This document shows, in pieces, positions 51,149-63,530 of a stretch of DNA of 64,000 nt. The DNA is from Chlorokybus atmophyticus (lineage: Eukaryota; Plantae; Mesostigma and Chlorokybus algae), in contig RHPI01001567.1 of the NCBI GenBank assembly GCA_009103225.1, positions 1-64,000 on the forward strand, given 5' to 3'. The position numbers were made by a program, and so were the translations under genes. Under the pieces are notes generated by a model. It did not search any database and was not told where the DNA came from. It saw only the letters and a list, made by a program, of their open reading frames with translations. Within the stretch, counting starts at the first letter, position 1; each line of letters begins with the position of its first letter.

Positions 51149-53703
51149 TTACGTCTGACACAAGCGTGCATCTTTGGGGTTCAGCAACCGTACGGTGTCT
51201 TCAGTTGTCCTCCAGCCTTGAGTGGTGGCAGCCTTGAGGAAGGCAGGGAACCGCAGGCGCGTGTCAACATGGCCAGCCACAATGGCGTCCTGCACTTCCG
51301 CTGGAAGGTAACCTCTGTGGTGGTGCCAAGAGTGCTGAGATGTGCTTGAAATTGAAGCCGCCGGCGCAGACGCCGCGTGCATGTGTGTCGCGGAACCCTT
51401 GGAGAACTGTGATGTATGCATCCGGCGGAGTTTTTGCAAGTGGTGCAAAGTGGCATGGCCCTGCGTGCAGCGCAGTGTTGAGTAACTTGCATGAGACCAT
51501 ACAAGACCATACATATGCGGGCATGCATGCGGCCTCTTACGCAATCACAACAACCTAAGTCTAGCAAGCTCGGCTTGAGTTTAGTCGCAACAACCACCTA
51601 ACAATGAATACAGAGAGCTGGATGAATACAACTTGCCTGGAATGCTGCGCGCAGTATATCTTCTGGTGACGCGTTATCTTTCAACACAACAAACACTTTC
51701 CTCTTGTCCAGGCGGTATGTTACAAGGTACGACTCGTCCCTGAAGGTCTGCGCTGCCATCTTGAAGGCCTCCGCTGTTGGGAAGGCTTCGCTCACCCTGG
51801 CACCCAACTCCATCGGCCGATGCCGCGCCCACGGGAACACGCACAGAGCCTCGCTCTTATTCGCATCCTTGGGAGGCATTACTTCCCCTGAGAGACAGTC
51901 AATCTCAAACCATGATCATCATCACAATGCCATTCACTGCTGCATTGTTGGTGTCACAAACAATGCGTACCATCTTCAAGGTAGCGGTTGGCGACGACTT
52001 CAAGGCGCGAGCGGTTGAGTGTGGGTATTTGCACGCTTCTGACCTCGCGATAGGAGCCAAATATGTAGCCCGCGGCAAGGGTCCCGTAAGTGGCCCAGAG
52101 TGCAGATGAGTGGCGCCGCGACAGGCAGATGCCAATGCCCGTCCCCACCAGATCAGCCAGGTTGCTCACACTCTCGCCCTTCGCCGTGATGTCACCCAGG
52201 TTCTCGCTGCGTGCAAACGCCTTGTATATCGGTGCCCGTGTGGACGACGCTGTCACAGCAGCCAGATTCTGCAATGCATGATGCGAGTCCTTCAGTTGTG
52301 GCTGATTGCTGTTGTTGTGGCAATTTCATATTGCAACAACTCACCAAGAGCTGATTGTGTTTGCCAGCAGCACAACACTACTACACATTGATGCTGTATG
52401 CACACACCCTTCACACCTGCACAATCATGCACAAGTGCACGCACATGCAATGCGCGTTCTGCATACAGTGTACCTTGGCTAGGTTTGCACAGCATGCGAG
52501 CGGTAGGAAGTATCGCGGGAAGAAGGCTGTGGCGAGCTCGACGGATGCGCCGCCCATCATGAGGACATTGCCAGCGAAGCGGAACTGCTTGAGCTCGCAG
52601 TCAAACTTCTTCCCTTGGCGGGCGAACAGCATCTTGCCGAGACGGCCGGCACCGTCCTTAATGGCCCAGTTAACAGCCACAGCCGCAGCTGCGGGAGCGT
52701 GGCCGCGGTTTGGAGCACCAACAGCAGACAAAAGCGCCCGCGTCGTGAACACGCTCAAAGCCCCTCCAAATAAATACTGCACAGGAAACGACACACAAAC
52801 ATCAGAGATCGGTCAAGCGCGAACAGTCACATCCTGAAATGCAGCTGGCTGTTTAAGCTGATGATCCAACATACTCAGCACTTGATCAAATATCAAAGCA
52901 GTATAGTGCACACTGATTTAGTTGCGTTGTGCTACACCACAATTCACTGCTAGAATGCACGGTACTGAGCCATGGTTGCTGCTTTTACTGTTGATTTTGA
53001 CTACTTCACAGTGCACCAGTCTCATTGTCTCATCTGCGTTGTTTTGCACCTGCACAGCCCTCCATCGCATGTAGGGCGCAAAGTCCGGTGAGACGGTGGC
53101 CGGGTAGCCGTCTGGCAGGATCCATGAGCAGCACCATGCCTTCATCGACTGTACCAGGCGCCGGGATCTGTCCGTAACCACCTCAACGACCTCAAAATCA
53201 GCCTCGCTTCGACTTCGACTTCTACTGCTACTTAGACTCTTACTGCTATTCCTATTTACAAGCCCTTTTCTATGCCCATGCCCGCCCTTCCGCCTGCCAC
53301 TCTCCCCCCTGGCGAAGTACATGTGGCACCGCCCATTGCTGATCTCGAAGCAGAGAGGCTGATCTTCCTGTGCTTCGTCTCCTCCTCGTCCTTCCCCTGC
53401 TCCTGCTACGGCTCCTCTGCCTGCTGACCGTCCGCTGGTCTGGGCCGGCGGACTGCTGTGCAATGCATCCAGAGTTTGCTCGTGCAGTGCTGATGTAGAT
53501 GATGATGCCGCCGTAGGCGCCACGCGAGAGTTGCTGCTGTTCCGGTGCTGCAGCCGAAGCTGGAGAGGTGAGCAGCCGGGCCTCCATGCCGCTTGTGGCG
53601 GCATAGAAGACGAGCCTGAGGAGGAAGAGGAGGCCGACGATGACGAGGAGGAGGCGGACGACGAGGCAGCCGGCGCCGAGCTCTTGCAATTGGAGAACGC
53701 CAT
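51149..53703 (-). CDS. RUS2: Root UVB sensitive 2-like (DUF647/RUS family) with Ser-rich transit-peptide-like N-terminus; 5 exons
   Basis: Exons 53703-53050, 52776-52474, 52268-51971, 51887-51637 and 51460-51149. Motifs ILPDGYPATVS..YMRW, AVNWAIKDGAGRLGKMLFARQGKKFD, NLAAVTASSTRAPIYKAF..ENLGDITAKGE, TLNRSR, ELGAR, DILRAAF, GWR..LLNPK.ARL match Arabidopsis RUS2 as recalled. The frame is intact. Confidence 0.93.
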
Positions 53704-56017
53704 CTGCGTGCAATGCTTTGAAATCACAACAGCCTCCTTTACCGAGGACTTGACTCACTACCCTCCTATCTCCGCCCCTGCGCTACGCTTACACCAACCA
53801 TCCCACCGCCGCCGCCGTTGCCGCCAGATTGCTCCACCTGTACCAGGTTGTTCGTCCCACCTTTGACATCTCACTTGGCTCCGATATCACTACACTACAA
53901 AATGTCGGGTGTGCTCAGATGGTACCTGCTGGACGCGAAGAAGGCGATATCATGCGGTTGATGGTGGATTTCCGGCATAGTACAGTGTGAGGTGCCACGC
54001 TGGAGTGGAAACCGCGCGCGATTTGAACGGAGCGGCGGACGGCGCACTGGCCAATTGGGCGGCCCATGGTACGCGCCACCACGTCAGCGCCAGCGGTGGA
54101 CGGGATGATAGAGGAAAAGTGGACGGCAGAGGCTCGCGGACCGCCATGCGAACGTCGCATGATGCGGCGTCACGGACCGTGACATGGTCACGGTCACATA
54201 ACACCTTGCTACAACATACACTTAACCTTACTTGCCTGTACTTGACTCTATACAAGTTAGTTATCATTTCGCCCTATGCTGCTCGCAGCAGCCTGGTCGC
54301 TCCTATGAAAGAAGAAGTAGACTGCTGTGAAACTAATTAATGAAGTTAATAATCATGCGTTAGTGTAAGTGGTGTTGCGGCGTTCAACAGCTAGTTAATA
54401 CGATGACAGCATCTTTAAGTTTATGATTTACAGTGTAATATATAGGGAGCTACTGTACTTCATGACACGGTTAGGCTCCAGTGCTATAACACTATGCATA
54501 GCTTGATTAGTAAGCTATGTGTTATGCATTTGCTTGTGTGCAACTTGTGTGATTAAAGCACGAGCGTGAAACTCAAAGCAACCGCTCGCGATGTTTATCT
54601 GACCGACCTTTGATACAATAAGAACACCTTATCACACACCGCATTATAAGTTATGCTGCATGGAACACGCACAACCGAGCACACGCAATAAATGCATACC
54701 CTTTCGATTGCATCGCCACCGCACACACGCAATGCACTACACTCGCTCGATACGGATGCAACTTAAACAGCGTGCACAGCACCGGCCACAAAATATTAAT
54801 GTGCATTGTGTTAACACGAGGGGCACCTTCAGGGGTCAATGTTGGCGTCCAAAGCTATAGTCAACACTTGTCGTGTAACAGTCGAGGCCAATAATCATGT
54901 TTTCAGGATCTTTTTCAGCCTTATTTGTCGAACATCATGTTTTCACGACTTTTGGTGAATATTGGCGAGTTGTGTGCGAGTCTGTCGCAGATATTGACCG
55001 GGGCTAAGGACCAGTCTGGAAGCCGCCAGAAAACGGAGGGCCAGTCGAGAAGGGCCCGACCAGATTTCAGGAACGGCCTGGCGCCAAATAGTATAAGTTG
55101 GTCATACGGGCACCAAATGAAGAGTTCTTTGGTGTGTAGGAAAGGTCTGGGAGGGTATTACACGATTGTGCAAGTTTGATTTATTAGCTTCTAATTCCGT
55201 CTAGCGCAAGAATCGTTCAGACAGTAGCATGTGCAGACCGGTAGGTATAAAAGAGACAGTTCATTATGTGCAATACAACCTTTATCGCCCTGGTTTCTTG
55301 TGTGCAAGCTTGTTGGTAGTTAGCAGTGATTGCTAGCGTGTGTCCACTAGTGTGAGCTTGCTTGTATGACGATGCAAGGCGCTACACAAGTTGGTGTGTA
55401 GCTTCGAGCGCATGCGCGTGGGCACGCAAGTGGCGGGGCGCGTGTGTGCGTGGCAGAGGGGGCAAGGTTCTGGTGTGAATACCGTGTCTTGGTGAGAGGG
55501 TTGTTGATTGGATTGTTGATTGCCAACTCACAGGTAGCAAGGCACAAGCACCGTCACAGGTCGTGCCTTCATGAATTCACTGTTTGTAGCATCTAGATAC
55601 CTTGCGCAACTTATAGGCGTCGATGAGGGCCCCATCTACAATTAGTGTTACTAATTGGATTCTGCAACAACGACCGCCGAGGCGCGTGCAACACTTAATA
55701 TCGACGATGACGAGCAATACAATATCGACCGCAACATGTCATAATGCTATAGTGGATCGCCCACATAAATGCCGTCCATGGCAACAACCGTACTGTTTAA
55801 TAATAAAAAGTTGTCGTATATATACGACACGAGTATATTTGATAAAAGGGGTCAACTTGATCTTCTTCCCTTTGCGGCTGCGCCACTTTTCTGGTAGCTC
55901 GTCCCATGCATACACTGTAAAGCCTCCCAACTTGGAGACCAGCCACTCGAGCTGCGCACACAATCGAGCAGGCAACTCATTTGGAATGCGCAATTTGTTT
56001 CTTGGTTCAACACAATC

Positions 56018-56075
56018 ATTAAGGATGTTATCAAATCGCAGGTGCCCACACCTGCGATTTGATAACATCCTTAAT
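56018..56075. repeat. Perfect 27-bp inverted repeat with 4-nt loop
   Basis: ATTAAGGATGTTATCAAATCGCAGGTG-CCCA-CACCTGCGATTTGATAACATCCTTAAT. Confidence 0.95.
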
Positions 56076-57253
56076 CTGAATGAACTCCCAACGTTGCGGC
56101 TCCTTTGAAGCATTGGGGAAGTAGATTCTAATATGATGGTACTTCATGCGTTTCTCTGTAATGGTATTACACACTTTCGTTGGATGTTCAAGCTGCTTGA
56201 CAACATGCAAGCAATGGGCTATTGCAGAGACGCACTCATATCACGTGAAGGCTCGGGACTATGAGCACGCTGAAGCTTTGTGTTGGGTATATATAATTGC
56301 ACACTGTGCGGTCATTTACATGTAAATTCTCATGGCATGCAGACATTTGTCCCAACTCTTGGCTACAGCATCCGCTATAGCACAAAGCTGCACTATGTGA
56401 GTGAGCGTTACGGTACGCGTACCATACGGCTCACTCACATAGTCTTTTGCTACAATGGAGCAAATGGTAGAAGGCCAAGATGTTTGCGTGGGAATGTTAA
56501 AATTTATGCCATAACTTAAAATGCGGCGTACATCAATTCAGCTTGTCTTTTGCATATAAACAGGCGCTCCAGGGCTTTAAACGACTCCAGTTTCACAAGG
56601 TCCAAGTCCGAGAAGGTTCTAGATGCGGACTCGGGTTTGGAGACTTATACGAGCTGTCAAATAATTAAGCCATGGTTACATTAGCAGCTGGCGCATGTTC
56701 GACATGAGTTATTGCTTATCAAAAAGCTCTTAAACTCTGCTATATAACACAAATTAACGCGCAGCATTTCATGGAGTGTGCTGGATGCAGTCGCTTTTAC
56801 ATTACACAGATGTGTTCCGCGCGATTACAAAGCCCGTGAACATGTTGGTAATATAAGATCTTCATCTTGTTATTGCAGTATGTTAACAATGGTGTTGTCG
56901 CGTGCACATATGCGTGTCTATCAGCGCACCTTAAAACATAATAGAAATAGAGCGTTTTTCAGATGATGCTTGCCTGCATGTGGCATCTTGCCGCAATGAT
57001 TGCACCCTCGCCCTCCAGCACCTTCAGTGTCCGCTCTTTTGTTTGGAAGCAAGCGTCACCAACGTTCGTAGGCCTGATCACTAGCCAACTGTAACGCAAG
57101 ACTGCACGCAGGGTGGTCTCGGTGTACACTACCCTAGCTAACAGACGCCCGCTTCGCTGGCAAAATGGGCCATACGTTTGCTGGACCCTTCTAGGTCACC
57201 TTGAGGGTCTTGAGGCATCCCTTTTTCGACCTTTGACGCTACGAGCAAGCCCC

Positions 57254-57440
57254 NNNNNNNNNNNNNNNNNNNNNNNNNNNNNNNNNNNNNNNNNNNNNNN
57301 NNNNNNNNNNNNNNNNNNNNNNNNNNNNNNNNNNNNNNNNNNNNNNNNNNNNNNNNNNNNNNNNNNNNNNNNNNNNNNNNNNNNNNNNNNNNNNNNNNNN
57401 NNNNNNNNNNNNNNNNNNNNNNNNNNNNNNNNNNNNNNNN
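57254..57440. other. Assembly gap
   Basis: Run of N flanked by poly-C. Confidence 0.99.
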
Positions 57441-60196
57441 CCCCCCCCCCCTGCCTGTCAAGCACCTTCCCTTGCAGTGGCACCCGATTGTAGGTGCTTA
57501 GCAATACGCCCTGCCCTCCTTTGGGACAAGTCTGTTAGTTTTAACCGTGGACTCTTCACCCACCAAAGGACCCTATAGAGTGCAAGCGGCACCAATGATT
57601 AAGCGTCTGCGTGGCTTGAAACAAGCCAAAAGGGCACGGTTGCAAGCCCTACGGGGTTGACTGCTTCGTTGCTGATCAAGCATAGCCTCTTTTACCCAAG
57701 ATGACATCACCTTGCAAGAGGCCTGTGTGGCTGCAGCAATTGGTCTACAACGCTACAGCAAATGGTCAACAGCGTTGACAACGGTCACGTGTGCTCATAG
57801 CACGCTGCATTCTCTCATTTACAAGGACTATTAGCAACTATAAAACAAAGTTATAGCATGCCTTACATGTGCTATGAGGTGATGAAGCGCTTGCGCTAGA
57901 TTAGGGCATAAAAAGAGAACTGTAAACACATACACATAATACACTCCTGTATGATTTTTAGCGACCACGCACATGACCCCATGCAGTGCAAGTCATACCT
58001 CTCTCTTGAACATTGCCTTAGCCCCACCTCTTGCAGTAGTACAACCTGAGACTAGACTTGCAGTTGCCTAAGGAACGTACAAGACATGCACGCAAGCATA
58101 TTGCCTTTCAACTCTAGCAACACCGCATGTGAGGATGATGTCCCCCATGCAATTGGCCGTTTCTTCCCCACTCGCAAAACTACCATAGCGAGTTAATTTG
58201 CGGACTTGAAACTGAAGTTCTTTATTTTTACACTGCACGCAAGCAAAAGTGTCTTAGAATGGCGGGGGCCGGATTAAAAGAATAAACAATGTAGAGAAGT
58301 AGACTCAACAAGCATATGCAAAAGTACAAGTACATGGTAAGATGGGAGCCCCGTGTGGAGGAGAACTGACGAGAGGGAGATAAGTCAGTATGAAGTCGTC
58401 CGAGAAGGAGTGCCTAACCACTCGAGGAAAGGGGAGCGTCAAAGAAAAAGACCATTGATGGTTGCGACAATTTAAAGTAAATTTAGACTTTATTATGGCA
58501 GTGAGACGCTTATCTATGTCATCGGAGCTCACTATAGAGAGCACCCGCTGCAAACCTTCATACGCAACGTGCGTGATGGCAGCGGATGTAACGCGGGGCT
58601 TAGCCGACTAGGCCATGGTAGCAAAAGTCGCTACTATGAGAGGTTGTGTATTGCTTATCAATGCTTCAATGGCCCTTCTTAGCCTATTTCACATTACCCG
58701 GCATTCCAGCGGAGATGGATATAACGCACTGTATAGCGGAGTGAGGCACGCAATTAAAGATGGAGCGGTTGCGTGAGAGTCTATTATGCTAGAGGACGGG
58801 GGAAAAGCTTGCTTGAATTGGTGCGCAGTGCAGAGGAAGGGTAGGGAGGGTGAAAGAAGGGCGCATGAAAAGAGCGGTCAAAGTGATGGCCAGTAAAGAG
58901 GCGCCATACAGAGCAAAACTAGTGCCACACGTGTGCATTGTATGTGCACACGTGAGGCCGCTACACGTGGCACTATTTTCTTGGTGAAGAAAGGGGGGGG
59001 GGGGGGGGGGGGGNTACACATTACACTCTCATCCACAGGTGGAAGTGGAGCAGGCGATCATATATAAAGAGTGCATGATGCAGCCGCCGCCAAAGAACAA
59101 AGTGGACAAAACGGTTGTGCGGGGAAGAGTGAACAAACTGTCACACGATGTGCTAGCTATTCTCCGAGGAGAGCGCATCTGGCCATTTGCGTGAAGCTGA
59201 AGAGAGTCAAGGTGGCGGAAGGTGAGCACATGACACCCCCACCACAAGCGGTATTCCCAAAGCAAGCTGAGCTGCTTCATAGCAGAGCCAACAGCCTGTT
59301 CAGTTGATCACTTAGCGAGAGCATGGTGAACATGCCAGTACATGAGGGGGGCCGCACCACCCTCCACCTTTTGAAGCGCTATGGCGAGGAGGTCGATCCA
59401 TGCATGCCTATTGACGGGCATTACTGGCATGGTAGAGTGGCCAGCGACTGGCGAAGGAACACATGGATGCGCACAAATTGATGACACTTGCAGGAGGCTG
59501 CTGCAAAGCCTTTGCGGTGACACTCTGTCCTCCGGAAGGATAGAGTGTCACTATCTGAGCCATAAAGGTCGAAGGCAACACCCTTGCACTTTCGCAAGTG
59601 ACCGCGTCCATTATATAATTGCTTTTATTATAGCGGGTGAAGCAGTCGGCAGGCTTCCCTATTAAAAAAGGCGGGGAGACCAACACCAATGTGGAGAAGC
59701 AGAAGCCCCTCATTGGGGAGCCTCTCGAGGCAGTTGCGCAGTTGCTGAAGCTGCGCTTGTCACAAGCGCAGCTCGGGAGGTACGGTGCCCGAAAGGGAGC
59801 AAGTTGCAATGCAGCCAGAAAGGGATGGCGTCAGCATTGTAGAAGGCTTTGTTTGAGGTGCTCCAAATGTCACGCACTACCTGAAACCCGTAATGGCCCA
59901 CCTAAGGTGCCAGAAGACCTCAACACCTTGTCGTCAGCCTCAATGTGCGGGTCAAGAAAGATGTTGACGAGGCATCATGGTGCAAGCTCAGGCTTGCTGC
60001 AAGCATATAAAGGTCAGCACATGCAGAAAATAATGCGTATATGGTAGTGTATGGAACATCGTCGCAATATGTTTTCCCTGCCGACCGACTAATAATAATA
60101 ATGGCAACGGCCGTGCACCTGAGGACGCTTATCTAAACTGTCGTAGCTCAAGCCACCTGTAATCTTGATACAGGGACCTAATAGTAACTTTCGTTA

Positions 60197-60530
60197 CTGT
60201 AAGGCCCTTTTTGTTACAATTTAGTCTTTAACAGTTGACTATGCCTAACTAACAGGCGCCTGTTAGTTACCTATTAGGCCTTAACAGGTGACTTTACATA
60301 ATTAACAGGCACCTGTTAGTCACACACCAGGCCTTAACAAATGACTTTGTGTAATTTACAGGCAACTGTTAGTTACACATCAGGCCTTATTAGGTGACTA
60401 CAACTAATCAACGGGCACCTGTAAGTTACAAATCAGTCTTACTTAGGTGAGTCAGCCTATGTGACAGGCACCTGCAGGTTACACACCAGTCCAGCGCAGG
60501 CGACTAAGCCTAATTCGCAAGCACCAACTA
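60197..60530. repeat. 53-bp minisatellite (~6 degenerate copies), each with palindrome TAACAGGCRCCTGTTA
   Basis: Units start at 60250, 60303, 60356, 60409 and 60462 (period 53). Confidence 0.88.
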
Positions 60531-60885
60531 GGTAATTATCGACAAAATAAGGCATTCTTTAACAACTGAAGGTGATCAATGCCTGACTGTCGTCATATGT
60601 ATTTGCATAGCTTGACTACACGCGACTGTCACTGACATCCAGCATTGTTATGTGCCTGTGCTGTGTACATGTACATGAAATGTGTACAGTGTCTCTCAGT
60701 CACTTGCCAAGGCTTGTAGTTCGATTATGTGACTCGAATGCAGTTCTGTTGTATATCATAGGGATGCAAGTATTGATGTGCATGAGCATAATGACGATTG
60801 ACTGAGCTGGTTTAAGATGCACAACACTCAGTCACAAGAGCCTTGTAGCTATGTACACTACCAGCTAAACGGACTACCAACTGCG

Positions 60886-62713
60886 CTACAGCTCCTCTCC
60901 ATCATCGCTGGTCTCGTCATTACGGAACAAAGCACCACGCGCTGGGGCCTGTGGAGGAGACGCCGGAGCTTGCTCTTCCTCCTCAAACGGTTGTGCCAGC
61001 CAATCAAATGCCGCTTCTGCCTCAGCGAGCGGGTCACGAGCTGCTGTCTCTTGCGGCCGGCGCCGATTGGGATCTTTCAGGTATTCGACACAAGATGCAG
61101 TGCGGCGTTTCACAAGGGTGAATGGCTGGAGGGCTGCGTACCGTTGCCTCATCTCCCGCTTCATTGACATGATCATGGTGTTGATTTCGCTGAGGTACTC
61201 TTCATGTGTGTCTATGCTGGCAGCTAGGAGAGGGTCTCCATCCTTGCCCTTTAGGATGCGCTCCACCTGCGTAGTTTACAGGCATGTCATAGTGGCATCG
61301 AAAGCCACTATTTACTGTAACGCGTCTGCAAGCCTGTAGTTTGGGGCTACAGCATTCCTGAATTGCTAATGATGGAGTTCAGAGTGCTCACCGTAAGCAA
61401 CAGGTATGCGAGGTGGTTGACTATTAGCTGCCGGCGACCAGGTGTAGTGACGGCGTAAGACCAGCATTGCACGATCATTTGCCAGATTATGGGATTGCCC
61501 CGTTCATGGATGTATCTCCTCCGCTCCGGGTCCGCAGTGTCGGTCACCTCAAAACTCCGCCATGACTTGTCTGCGACAGTCACATGGACAAGGCATTAGT
61601 CACGAAATAGATAGTTCAAGTTGAGCCTGCACCAGGCTAGAATAGTGCCTGTGACTTACTTTGGAGCGCGTTGCGCATCTGGGCTTTTTGGGTCTCGGGG
61701 TCCATTAGGGCGTCGATGTGCCTGATTGAATCGGTTACAATAGGCGAGATGAGTACGTGTGTATGGAGGCTGAGTAAGAAGGCAGTGTTGCATAGCAGAC
61801 ATGGTGGTGAGGGACCCAACTCACTTGCGCTTGTTGCTGATAAACAGTGTCCACTTGTACTCCTTCTCAAGGACATGCTTGATCTTGGTGACGTTCTCAG
61901 ACCGGACCTGCGTAGCTTTCTTCAGGGCGACACTCCAGTGGAAGGGGCACTCTTAGGAGTCCAGTACACCTCATAGGATATTGGCCGCATCGGCCTCGTC
62001 GTCATGGTCGAAGCCAACTACCTGTCACGGGCAGGTTGGTCAGTGTCACGGTGCAGTGCGGTCATGAAGCATTCACAACACCTGACACATGACGTTACGA
62101 ATAGTGTCCTCCTTGGGATAAACGTGGCTCTCTACCCAGTGGCCGTTTATGATTTCAACGACGGCATCTCGCAAATGCTGTCCACAGAAGAACAATCCGT
62201 TACACACATACACACAGTGTCACAGTGTCACACAGTGCTTACCTCGTTGCCAATCTTCCACTTGCTTGGGGAAGGGTTGCTGACGGCCGAGGTTGCCACG
62301 TCACGGCCAAATGCGTTTGGGTTGGGGGTTCCAATCGACCCTCTGCAAGCACAACCACATGAGTCATGCTGCCAGCCATGAAAGATGCAACCCTCACAGT
62401 TGCAAAAGAAGAACAACGAGCACAGTGTATCTAGAACGCATGCAGTGAGTCACTGTGCTAGTCATGATAGAAGCAAGTATTCAAGTTAGAAGTTGAGCAA
62501 GAAGCAACGTGCACAGTGCATCAAGAATGCATGCTGTCTAGCTTGCCCTTGCGACTGCGGTGTCAGGTGGAGTTGTTGTGATGTGCTGGGCGTTAGCGCG
62601 GGGTCTTGCTGCGATTGGTTGGCGACGGTTGCCTGGTTGAACACTGGGGGCAATGTGGACAACTGGCGCCGACCTCCACGACGAGGTGCACTTACGGATG
62701 GACCACGAGGCAT
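60886..62713 (-). pseudogene. Multi-exon gene of unknown function, probably a transposon accessory gene; in-frame stops
   Basis: Exon-like blocks: MPRGPSVSAPRRGG.., HLRDAVVEIINGHWVESHVYPKE, VVGFDHDDEADAANIL*GVLDS*ECPFHW.., WRSFEVTD..HLAYLLL, EEYLSEINTMIMSMKREMRQRY; cag/GT boundaries. Confidence 0.5.
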
Positions 62714-62889
62714 CTCTCCAACTGATAGTCGGGTGCCGCCTGTTTAGCTGTAAGTGGCGCTGCCGCCTCCAACGCTGCCGCCGCCGGTTGGCCCGCCCGA
62801 ATGTATGAGGCGCGAAAACGAAAATGAGGCGGTTTTGAACGTCTAGAGTCCCGCACTAGAGTCGCACTTGTAGTGCGTCCTTGCTCCTA

Positions 62890-63060
62890 TGGTTGATGGT
62901 ACGACTTATGCATTCGTGCCATGCATGCTTCGTACAACCATTGTTACCAATGGTTGTGTCGTAACATTTATGGTACGACAGAGGCATCTCTCGTCCAACC
63001 CCAGCGATTGCCGTACAATGGCTCTGTCGTACCATCCATGGTACGACAGAGCCATTGCTC
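62890..63060. repeat. Palindrome cluster (TGGTACGAC motifs) including a perfect 20-bp-stem hairpin
   Basis: CAATGGCTCTGTCGTACCAT-CC-ATGGTACGACAGAGCCATTG at 63016-63057; CAACCATTG-ttac-CAATGGTTG at ~62935-62956. Confidence 0.85.
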
Positions 63061-63099
63061 AATCAGCCCAAATGGGAGTTAGCATGCACTCACCCAAAC

Positions 63100-63530
63100 A
63101 CGCTTCATTGATGGCCGGATGATGGCACGCAGGGGCACCAGGTCGATGACGGGTCGAATGTCAGGCTTGATGGGCCTGGGTTCGACTAGGAGGCGGAGGA
63201 CCAGGAGTCGGAGGAGGCGGCGGCGGCGGCGGCGGCGTGGCACATCTTGCGAGAAGTTGTGGTCGTAAGAGTTCAAGCAGCGAAGCCAGCTACTACCGGT
63301 CGCTACGTCATGGATCATGGCAGGCGTCAGCAATAGGGCTGTCCAACATGCATCACCAACATTGGACAAACCAGCAGGCAAGCCATTAAAGACCATCTTC
63401 ACACAGAGAGCTGCTTGGTGGCTCGCTTTCTGCAACAGGGAGTGGATCAGGAGCTGCAGTCCTTGGAGCCCCTTGTCAGAACCATGCGGGACCAATTGCG
63501 GCTGTGGGAACAAGCACAAAGGAATGCAGA
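63100..63530 (+). pseudogene. Possible N-terminal exon of a second CACTA-type transposase
   Basis: Acidic stretch, then *GCPTCITNIGQTSRQAIKDHL (C-x2-C...H, transposase-associated-like) ending at a GTACGC donor; two TAG stops. Confidence 0.35.

Noticed and set aside
60197-60530. CRISPR-like array (palindromic repeats at a fixed period)
   Set aside because: The inter-palindrome segments are degenerate copies of each other, not unique spacers; there are no cas genes and the context is eukaryotic.
62842-62877. Helitron 3' end (CGCACTA...TAGTGCG hairpin + CTAG on the minus strand)
   Set aside because: The CTAG is followed by A rather than T, the spacing is short and no 5' TC partner was found.
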